Assembly: GCF_006345805.1 (NCBI RefSeq)
Contig: NC_043010.1
Location: 33,356,001-33,420,000 of the forward strand
DNA length: 64,000 bases
Direction of reading: 5' to 3'
Source of the DNA: Octopus sinensis
Taxonomy: Eukaryota
Shown: in pieces, positions 47,348 to 57,412 of the stretch
How the letters are laid out: the number at the start of each line of letters is the position of its first letter
Numbering within the stretch: position 1 is the first letter of the stretch
The notes under the pieces: generated by a model
Databases searched by the model: none
Told to the model about the DNA's origin: nothing
Seen by the model: only the letters and a program-made list of their open reading frames with translations
Made by a program: the position numbers and the translations under genes

Positions 47348-48034
47348 ATGGAAAATCAGCAGTTTTCTTATGAGTTTTTGCAAAAGTTATTAAAATGTAA
47401 AGCGAAAATGCTCTCTGGTGGGAAAAAATTTACTTGTGAAACATGCGGTAAAACATTTCCTGAGAATGTACAGCTTGTACGTCATGTACGGATTCATACG
47501 GGAGAAAGACCATATAAATGCGAACACTGTGACAAGACATTCACTGAAAAGATTAACTTGACCAGACATATTTTTACACATACTGGAGAGAAGCCATACA
47601 ATTGTGAGTATTGCGGAAAGGCATTTTCTCAACGTTTTACTCTATCTAAGCACATTCTTACACACACTGGAGAAAAACCATACCACTGTGAATATTGTGG
47701 TAAAACATTTTCTCAAAGTTCTACCTTGTCTAAACACATCCTTACACACACAGGGGAGAAGCCTTATCATTGTGAATACTGTGAAAAATCATTTTCGCAA
47801 AGTGGTCATCTTTCCCAACACAGACTCACTCACTTAAAACCAAAATCTTATGACTGTGAACATTGTGACAAAAAGTTCTCAATGAATTCCACTTTAGTAA
47901 TACACAGGCGTTTGCACACAGGAGAACGGCCTTATAGTTGTGACTGTTGTGAGAAAAGCTTTATGTCAAGCACTGCTCTCAAAATACACCAGAAGATCCA
48001 CAAACCAAAGAAGCCTATAGAGAGTGAACATTGA
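47348..48034 (+). CDS. C2H2 (Kruppel-type) zinc-finger protein, 7 tandem fingers, 228 aa
   Basis: Seven C-x2-C-x12-H-x3-H fingers with five TGE[K/R]PY linkers in one exon; acceptor ttgttttcag| at 47302; AATAAA at 48198-48203. Confidence 0.95.
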   Translation: MENQQFSYEFLQKLLKCKAKMLSGGKKFTCETCGKTFPENVQLVRHVRIHTGERPYKCEHCDKTFTEKINLTRHIFTHTGEKPYNCEYCGKAFSQRFTLSKHILTHTGEKPYHCEYCGKTFSQSSTLSKHILTHTGEKPYHCEYCEKSFSQSGHLSQHRLTHLKPKSYDCEHCDKKFSMNSTLVIHRRLHTGERPYSCDCCEKSFMSSTALKIHQKIHKPKKPIESEH

Positions 48035-48885
48035 TCCATCTCATTTGATTGAAACAGTAACTTTTTGTTGCATTGGTAAATTCTATTCGAGATAAAAACA
48101 CATCTCATTGTGATTATTAACTCCTGCCATTTGTATCAAACAATCTTATTAAGTAAGCATCTGAAGGTATTTTCTAATGCTATTATGTCCAATGTGAAAT
48201 AAAGGGGACCTAAAAAAAAACTGAGGATAAAGACACAGCATCTACTGGCCCTGGCATCCATTCTTTTGAATTTGTTTTTTAACCCTACTGTGACCCAATT
48301 TCTAATGTAACACACAGACTGTGTTTTAGTTCACTTTAGTGAAATAGGTATTTCATTTATGAAATAGTGTTTCGAATGTAACTTAAAATACTCTTACATA
48401 AATTCAATATAATTTAAACATCAATGCTTTAAAACAGGAGGTTTTTGTTTGATAAAGGCAAGTTGGTATCAACATTTTTTGAAGAAACAGATATGCTTAG
48501 AATTTCCACTTGAAGATGACTATTCTGAGTTAAACTACAATTGAGTCAATCAACTTCCCTCCATGTATAAGAGTAATTTTTGTTACCATGTTTCTGTTGA
48601 AATATGCTATCTTCAACATCAATGAAAATAATGATGAATTTCAGAAATAACTTAGTTATTTATTAAGCTGGTGTTTGGAACACAAATTAACATGAAATTT
48701 TAATGGAAGGTTTTCATTTTGATCACTTTAAAACAGGAAGTTTGAGTCATAGAACTAGGGATAGTCTTGGGCGGATTGATAACAAAATAGCACTTAAATA
48801 CTTCTATCTTCATCTCATGTCAGTTATATGACACTGTCCTATTGGGACTTATATGAGCCCTCATAATAATAATAATAATAATAAT

Positions 48886-49097
48886 GGTTTAAAATTTTGC
48901 TACAAGGGCAGCAATTTTGAGGAGGGGATAAGTTGATTACATCGACCTCAGTGTTTCATTGGTACTTAATTTATTGACTCCGAAAGGGTGAAAGGTAAAA
49001 ATGACACTGATGGAATTTGAATTCAGAACATAGTGACTGGTGAAATACTGCTAAACATTTGGTCTAGCATGCTAACGATCTGCCAGCTTGATGCCTT
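48886..49097 (-). mobile_element. SINE family B
   Basis: Reverse complement of the family B consensus, flanked by (aat)n. Confidence 0.8.
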
Positions 49098-51676
49098 AAT
49101 AATAATAAGAGAAATGGTTGAATGAGTTTGGAATAGACTGTCCTGTAGAGCTTCTGCAGAAAGTTTGCTTCTTAGGGACAGGAAAGATTATCTGGAGGAT
49201 TTTGTGAATATCTAAGGTTATATGTAGTAACCCACTACCCACAAAAATTCTGCCAGGAATAAGAATGAACCTGAGTCAAATCAACAACAATAATAGAGTG
49301 TAATGTAGGATCATTATGTACTTGCAAAAGAAGCATAAGCTATATCAACACCATAATTTGATTGTTATTTCCCATTGTACACATGAAATTTAATGCTTTC
49401 TTTTCTAAACACTAAAAGAGTCATTTTTTTTTTGTTTCTTTCATGTGTAAGTAGAGATATAGTTGACCAACTCCCCTTCCCCCACCTTCTATTTTGTTAC
49501 TGTTAACTGTTTTACAACATATGTTACACCAAAATATTAGATCATGTAGTAGTAAACATCTAGTCCTACTACCCCCTCAATCTGCACCAAATCCACCACA
49601 TTATGTCTGACATAATGGAAACTAAAAAATCTGCAATAAAATGCTTCTTTTGATATATTTTGGAGTTTGTTGTGCATTATTTTGTCTTGTTTTCTTATTT
49701 GCTTAGCTGATGTAGTTTTTGTAAGGTAGGGAAGGTTTGTAAAAAAAAATATTTTTTCTCAAAGTCAAAAATGCAGTAGAAACTTCTTATTGTGTCCCCT
49801 CCCCCCTTTATTGAGGACTGCACAAAGTCAGTACCCTTATAGAAAGATTTTAAAAAATAGGCACTTTTCTTTTTGAATAAAATCAAAATTATCAATCTCA
49901 ATGCACTTGGAAATATATCTGTGCACAATTTTAAAATATGCATTCTTAAGAAAGTTACACAGAAAGAGTATGTAAAAAGGTGGGGGGCACTAAACTGTAG
50001 TTATATCAGAGTCTTTAGGTTGTAGTGGATTCAATCCACCATTGCCAAATTTCAAGTAACAGTTCAACAGAACTTTTCTCACGGTGGAACAATAGTTTTT
50101 CTGTGATAGCAGTTTTACATTTTCCAGATTGCCTTAGCTAGGCCGAAATAATGTCTTCACCACTTGACCTTTCTAACCTCTCCTAGACCACCTAAAGCTA
50201 GAATTAAGATAACAAATACCACCAACTAAATCCAATGGTCAAATGGAGAAATGAAATTTACTGTCAGCAGCTATGAGACCCAACTCTCTCTTTCACTAAC
50301 TCACTTTGTCTTTTCTGCACATTACCATATTTCTATAGTTTACTACTACAGTAAGAACACAGGCCAAAATTAACTTTTTTTAATTTGCACACTCTAGGAT
50401 TTTATCACCTGCCCATCGAGGCAAGGTATATTCGATGTAACAGCAAATAAATATTTCCTTAAAACTTCATGCATTGTTTATCTTTCACATCTTACAACAT
50501 TATCCATTGTACAAAATTAATGTTTACTGTTGCAAAATAAAGTTTTTCCTTTAAGTCTCCACCACTAAACCATTTTCTGAAAATCAAAAGCAGTCACATG
50601 GGATTTTCATGCAATTTGCATTCCCTTACTACCTTTTGATCAAAACTTGGAGAAGCTTAAACTGGTAACCTAATCTGTTTGTAATAACAACTAACTCTCC
50701 CTCAAATCACATACAACCTTCTTTAAAAAAGAGAAGGAACACATTTAACAATGGAGAACTTCCACCACCTGAAAGGTTCCAGCTGTTTTGGCTCAATACA
50801 ATATGTATTGACTGTTGTGTAGTGCCCACAAGTGAGCACTACTTAAGCAGACTTTACAACTGAAGGAATTCCAGTTGTGATCATTCCATCTTTTATAGCA
50901 AATTTTATCAGAGTACAATATTCAAGTCTTTCCTTTGCAGGCAGGATGTTATTTAGGAGAGATCTTACTGCTATATCTAGCTGATCAAATGATCTTGTAG
51001 AAATTCTATTGTTGGCTCAAGTGACTCACCTGTATTCCATTTAGGATACCACCACCCCATCATCTTTGCCTTTTATCCTTTTGGGGTCAATAAAATAAGT
51101 ACCAGTTGAGCACTGGGTCGAAATTGCTGACCTTGTGCCAAAATTTGAAAAAAGAAGTTACTACTACTACTACTACATTAGGACTTAGAGAATGGCAGTT
51201 TCAAAGAAATAAAGGAATTCAATAATAAAGGAATTGTGAACTGTTGAATAACTAATATCAAAACATTTTCCTGCTGACAATGAATTGTCTATTTCACTGC
51301 CAGAATATCATGATGAACTGCAGTGTTTATTTTTTTTCCTCTTGTATCAAGAACATTATTGTAGATACTATCCACAACATGCATCTAGCACCCATGCACA
51401 CAGCATTCATGTAAATATCTATAATGAAGAAGTCAGTGACCTACAATCTACAAATAGAGAAGAATTAACTATCAAGAAATAATAATACAACTGTAGTATT
51501 GCCTTGGCAGTAACTGCAACACTGAAAAATTATTTATTACACAAATACAAATTTGCCTTTAAGTTCAAAAGTTAGTGAAACACCACAGCTCTCAAGTATG
51601 CACTAAAACAAAGACATTCCAAACAGAAGTGATACCATAATGAGAACAAGTTTTATTTCTTTAATATTATACACAC

Positions 51677-51903
51677 TTAATCCTTTAGTATTTAAACCGG
51701 CCATATCTGGCCAAAATATTTAATCAGTTTTATGTTCAAACTGACCAGATCCAGGCTCTCACACCTACCCTACAATGTTATTCTACATTAGGTAATTACA
51801 CCATCAAGATCTTGAAGATATGAGATAATGCATGATTAATTCAAATCAATGTGAATCAATAAGCATTATGTTTGATAGAATAATCAGAATACTAAAAGGT
51901 TAA
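51677..51903. mobile_element. piggyBac-like MITE with TTAA target duplication
   Basis: TTAA|TCCTTTAGTATT ... AATACTAAAAGG|TTAA. Confidence 0.75.
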
Positions 51904-53299
51904 ACTAGATTAATTTCGCCAGTTGTAGATTACACCACCTTGACCATAAACTAACCTACTCAGCCAGAAGTTGACCAAATAGCAACCTAGATGAAGCCAA
52001 CTGGAAACCTATATCATGAGTAATAAGATGTAAAATAGCCCAGACAAATTTATTCTCACAAAGGAATTGAGTTCTCTAGAAAATATTGTTATGGACAAAG
52101 AAGTATTTGCAAACAAACACCACCATTTAACATCTGTTCTTCATACTGGCATAAGTTTTGACAGGAGCTGATATGCTGGAGAACTGCAATAAGTTCTGTC
52201 TGCTTTGACATGATTTCTACAGCTGGATGCCTTTCCTAATGCCGACCACTTTACAGATGGTAATGGGTGCTTTTTACATGGCAGTGGCTGAAGTGAGGCT
52301 ACCAAGGAACTTGCAAAATAAGGCCTCTCAACTGAGGTTGGATTAGTGTTGAGGAAGGTGGCTTTGTGCCAGGTGATGAGAGGTTAGTGCATGATGGAGG
52401 GATAGAAATAGATGTCTACCTCAGGTGGATAAGCGAGAGAGAGAGAGAGAGATGTGTTGGGGCATAGCTTTGAGTTACAGGGAAGCAAATACAAGTGAAA
52501 TAGGACAGGCTGAGTGAGTAGGTAAGTTTGCAAGAGTGCTAAAGTAAGAGATAGAGGGGAGGGGAATGCATTATGTGGCATACACAGATGGAAGGAGGGG
52601 ATATTAGGAAGATGAGTTGTGAGGGACAGATTAGATACAAATTCATGTCTATAAATTGTAAAATAGCAGTTTTACATTGGCATGTAAGCAACAATGTGTG
52701 TACTTTGTGTAAAAGGTAACAGGTTTTATGTAGATACAAACAAACACATTTTAATGCATCTAAAGATTTCCAATATGGGAAGAGGGCTTCAGATTTGTGA
52801 CTAATCAAATCAAGTACTTGGCTGTAATATTTATATTAACACACGTTATAATTAAAAAGGCCACAAGTATGTAAAAATATTTATTTATTTTTAAAAAGAT
52901 TAAAATCAAAAATATAGAAATACAGTTGATAAAGAGTATGTATAAAGATATATAATATAAAAAAAGGGGGTGTCTTTAAACTCAGAAAAAGTATCACAAG
53001 GTATTTTTGTTTGAAAGCACCAATTTGTAAATTTTCTCCACACTTGTGTGGAAATCTTTCACTAATAAACAAGTGTATCTGGTATACATTCACACATACC
53101 TGTGTGTGAGTATATATATACCAGATTCAACTAATCACATAACTTGGGAATCCACATATATTAAGAACAGATATGTTGTTAAATTATACTTTCATATATA
53201 TATATATATATATATATATCGAGAGAGAGGGGAGGGCTGATATTTGTGAGCACAAGATTTCTAGGCCATAAATGAAAAACAACCTAACATAATGTTAGG

Positions 53300-53780
53300 T
53301 AGGTCTCAGGATCAAAACCACAAGTAAACATCCAGATATTAGACATGGTGATCAAGTTCTGGACTGAGGAGGTGCCATGTGTTCCTGGAGGACTGCTCCA
53401 TACCAAATTGACTAAGTGGCTGAAAATTTTTACAACTGGCGTTAGGAAGGGCATCCAGCCATAGAAACACTGCCAGATCAGACTGGGCCTGGCGCAGCCT
53501 TCTGGCTTCCCAGACCCCAGTTGAACCGTCCAACCCATGCTAGCATGGAAAACGGACATTAAACAATGATGATGATGTGACCCCGAGATATGACATCCGA
53601 GCTCTTATGACTTGAATAACTTAGACAACTATGTTTGGGGCATCATTGAGAGGGACACTAACTGGCTACCCCAGGATTTATCAAATGCTGCTGTCAAAGA
53701 TATGGCAGATAATAATATGAATGAGAATCACTGGAACCTGTAATTGCTTCCATGGCCACATCAAGACTGAGAACAAGTTT
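53300..53780 (+). mobile_element. Tc1/mariner-superfamily transposase remnant interrupted by an RTE-tail insertion (about 53430-53578)
   Basis: GLRI...ILDMVIKFW before the insertion and LDNYVWGIIERDTN after it (degenerate SPDLNP.D..VWG region). Confidence 0.6.
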
Positions 53781-54177
53781 ATGAAACAACTTGTTTCTTT
53801 GATATCAAATTGAAAAGGTGAAATTGTGAGAAGGACATTTCCTGTAATGATTGTAAACAATTATGATACAGATTGTTCAATGTAGTCCTTTGCAGAAAAA
53901 AGAACAATGCAAGGATTGTTCAGTGATGTCATCGTTTTTTGGGGTTTTTTTCTATTCAGAGGAGAGACCTGTGTTTGTTTCCTGAAAGTAACAAGAAATA
54001 GAATAAATATCAGCAACTTAGAATTGTTTGTGTAGAAATGTTATTTGCCAAGATCAAGGTCATGACTATGATGTAAATTGTATTCTAACAAAAAAAATCT
54101 TTTTGCCACCCAATTACAACAGCATGTATATCGGGAGGAATTGAATATACAATTTTTATATTAATTTTTATCTTTCA

Positions 54178-54373
54178 TATGAAGTGTGCTGAAACATTCT
54201 TGGCTTTAAGAGGCCAACCTTCCCAATTCTTTTACCAGGCTTAGAAAAACTGAAGGACTGCTGCAGTAAGTGTGTGGATCTGAGAAGAAAATATGTTGAA
54301 TAAAATCATAATTGACTGGTCCTCCTGTATTTTCTTTTAACCAAAGCCAGGAACTTTTCAGCACCCTTTCATA
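54178..54373 (+). mobile_element. mariner-derived MITE with TA termini
   Basis: TA-TGAAGTGTGCTGAAACATTCTTGGCTTT ... AAAGCCAGGAACTTTTCAGCACCCTTTCA-TA; internal GLEKL...KCVDLRRKYVE* is a mariner C-terminus. Confidence 0.7.
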
Positions 54374-54439
54374 AATCACTTTTATCAACATAATTCTTAT
54401 ATCTTTAATTTTACTCTCTCCCTCTCACCCCCTCTCTCT

Positions 54440-54870
54440 CTCCCTTTCTTGGCTGGGTAACCATGTATCTCCTCTACTACACTCTAATCTTTCATCATCT
54501 GACACAAGATCACCTGCTCTAATGCCCCCTCTCCTCTCAAAATTCCTTGTCTTGCAAGTTACTTGGTGACCCTCCTGGTGCTGGTGCCATGTAAAAAGCA
54601 TCCAGTCCACATTATGAAGTGGTTGGCATCTGGAAAGGCATTCAGCTGCAAAAGCCATGCCAAAACTGACCTCACCTTTGCTGGTGGCATGTAAAAAGCA
54701 CTCGGTCCACTCTACATGGTAGTTGATGTTAGGAAGGGCATCCAACTATAAAAAAGTATGACTAAACAGACACAGCAACCTGGTGTAGTCATCTACCTGG
54801 CCATCTCCTGTCAAACTGTCCAACCCATGCCAGCATGGAAGACAGGCATTAAATGATGATGATGGTGATG
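54440..54870 (+). mobile_element. Degenerate RTE-type 3' tail
   Basis: gccatgtaaaaagca...gttaggaagggcatcc...catgccagcatggaa...taaatgatgatgat. Confidence 0.7.
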
Positions 54871-55161
54871 ATATTTGGGAACTTTCTTTTCCACATCCCT
54901 ACATATCTGCACAGACCAGAGCTAAGCTCCACCTCCATTTTCTTTTGAGAAGGGCTTCTTAAAATCACAATATAAGTAACAAGTGTAAATTTGTACTTTT
55001 TTTTCCACTTCTTATCACATAGTGGCTTTCTAAAAGACATTTAAATTATAGCTGCTTACCATTTTCATTTTCTCACACAGTTCATATGGACTGTTTTCAG
55101 GCTCACTAACAAGACAAATCCATATACACAAAAATTGTCTGTCTGTCTATCTATCTATCTA

Positions 55162-55439
55162 TCTATATAAAATGCACCTGTGTTTGTGTTTGCTTTTCAT
55201 GTGAAAACAGCTGTGCGAATTGCTTCTATATTTGGATGCATGAATAATTTGATCTTGGATGCATAAGTTCTTCAGTTTATTGTTTTATGAAAAATAAATA
55301 ATATTGCTTCATATATATGATTCACTTTTTTTTAAAATAAAATTATTTTGTCAGAGAAGAAAGTAGAGGAATTTTCTTTCTTGATGCTCCTGGTGGCACA
55401 GGTAAAACATTCTTGGGCAATGCCAGGTGCCTCTGCTAG
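55162..55439 (+). mobile_element. Miniature Helitron (about 278 bp) retaining the helicase Walker A segment
   Basis: A|TCTATATAAAATG 5' end; RGIFFLDAPGGTGKTFL (55363-55413); degenerate hairpin cttgggcaatgccagg then CTAG|T at 55436-55439. Confidence 0.8.
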
Positions 55440-55504
55440 TGTATATATATATACACACTCATATACACACATATAAAATGTGTGTGTGTATATATGGATT
55501 TGTA

Positions 55505-56080
55505 ATGTTAGTGAGCATAAAAAATTTGCTCCCAAACTTCTTAGCTGAGTCCCACTGTGTGGCACCATGGGCAAGTGTCTTTTACTATAACCTCAGATTG
55601 ACCAGGTCCTTGTGAGTAGATTTGGCAGAAACCAAAAGAAACCAGTTGTATGTGTCCATCTGTGTCTTGATATTACATGATTGTTGTTACTGTTATACAA
55701 GCAATGACATTCATTTCTGATATTTGGCAAAAACGTATCTGGTCATGGGGAAATATACCATCTTGCTTGGAAACAGGTGAATGTTAGCAACAGGAAGGGC
55801 ATCCGGTTGTACAAAATGTACCTCAATAAGTAAGTGGATTTGGTAGACGGAAACTGAAAGAAGCTCGTCGTATATATGTGTGTGTGTGTGTGTGTCCTCC
55901 CAATATCACTTGACAAACGATGCTGGTGTGTCTACGTCCCCGTAACTTAGCGGCTCGGCAAAACAAAACGATAGAATAAGTACTAGGCTTATAAAGAGTA
56001 AGTCCTGGGGTCGATTTGCTCGAGTAAAGGCGGTGCCCAAGCAGGGCCGCAGTCAGATGACTGAAACAAGTAAAAGAGTA
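55505..56080 (+). mobile_element. Two adjacent SINE family A-related copies
   Basis: gagtcccactgtgtggcaccatgggcaagtgtc head (about 55545) and a younger 3' half, agtggatttggtagacggaaactg...gaaacaagtaaaagag (55833-56080). Confidence 0.75.
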
Positions 56081-56254
56081 ATAAACTTTGTTTGACCCAT
56101 GCAAGCATGTAAAAGTGGATGTTAAAGAGATGACAGTTACGATGTGAGTGTGTGAATGATTGGATTTTGCAGTTTCTATCTACCAAGTCCTACTCCCAAG
56201 TTATTGGTCAAGCCGTCACTTTTGCTGCTGAATAAGATCAGATCCAGAACCACA

Positions 56255-56734
56255 GGGTTGCAAAATACCACACACCAATATAATATATTGCACAGAACAT
56301 TGACCTCCTGGAATCTGTCCAGAGACGTGCAACCAAACGCATACCCTCCATCAGACACCTACCATATTCTGAGCGCCTTGTTTCCCTGGGCATGGATTCA
56401 CTGAAGCTCCGGCGTTTGGCGACGGACTTGGTAAACACCCACAAAGTTATCAACCACCTCACCAACAACAACACTGAACACCTTTTTGATCTCCATGTGT
56501 CTAACACACGTGGACATGCCTACAAAGTCAGAAAACAATACAGCTCCCATGACTTTCGGAAACATTTTTTCACGCTCAGAGTTGCTGAAGCATGGAATAA
56601 ACTGCCTGCGTCAGTTGTTGACTACCATGACACTGTATCTTTTAAGGCCCTCATGCTTTCCGAAATCCGCCGAAACTACACCTGATTATATATACACTTT
56701 AGATGAGTTGTAGTGCACCTGAGCACTGTACACA

Positions 56735-56763
<29 letters not shown>
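56255..56763 (+). mobile_element. CR1-clade LINE 3' end with (ATT)n tail
   Basis: IDLLESVQRRATKRIP....YSERL..LGMDSLKLRRL..DL....K....NTRGH.YKV.K.....DFRKHFFTLRV.EAWN.LP..VV, the typical CR1/L2 C-terminus. Confidence 0.9.
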
Positions 56764-56766
<3 letters not shown>

Positions 56767-57029
56767 CAACCAAACCTACACACTTCTTTTTTTCTGCATT
56801 AGCCTGTGTGGATTTTTTTACAATGTTTAGCTAATACTCCTTCCTTGTGTTAAGTCTCAAGTAGTAGCAAACGCTTACTTACTCTTAATTTATGTTAACA
56901 TTAATTAATGTTATTGTTGAACATTCCCTAAAAACTTCGATATCTAACAATCACAGCAATAAAAAAATATTTCAAGGGAGGCAATGGATAAATTCGATTT
57001 TTCGCAACTTATTCCCCCTTAATATCACC

Positions 57030-57210
57030 ACCATATTTCGGGGGAATCGATTACATCAATCCTAGTGTTCTACTGGTACTTATTTCACGATCTGAAAAGG
57101 ATGAAGGGCAAAGTCGACTTCGGCGGAATTTGAACTCAGAACGTAGAGGCGGACGAAATGCTGCCAAGCATCTTATCTAGTGTGCTAACGGGTCTGCCAG
57201 CTCGTCGCCC
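57030..57210 (-). mobile_element. SINE family B
   Basis: Reverse complement of gggcgacgagctggcagacccgttagcac...gttctgagttcaaattccgccgaagtcgactttgcccttcatcc. Confidence 0.85.
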
Positions 57211-57266
57211 AATATAGCCAATATATCGAAAATTTATTAATTAAATGTAAAAGAAATGTTACTTAC

Positions 57267-57412
57267 TTAATTTTCCCGTTTCCTTTTCTTTCCCGAAAGG
57301 TCTGTTGTAGTACTGGTAGATAATATATCCACAACATTTTCCTTGGAAGCCTGAGATTTATTTTGGAGCAATAGGGTATAAAGGTGGGGAAAATGGTCTC
57401 TTTCTGGCATAT
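57267..57412 (-). CDS. Q-rich gene exon C (ends at the stop codon)
   Basis: catttag|(D)MPERDHFPHLYTLLLQNKSQASKENVVDILSTSTTTDLSGKKRKREN*. Confidence 0.7.

Noticed and set aside
47390-47837. Overlapping ORFs 47390-47632 (-) and 47604-47837 (+)
   Set aside because: Alternative-frame or antisense shadows of the zinc-finger exon, with no independent support.
49695-51482. Short ORFs 49695-49943 (-) and 51285-51482 (+) as possible additional exons
   Set aside because: No recognisable homology and no convincing paired splice sites that join them to a neighbouring gene.
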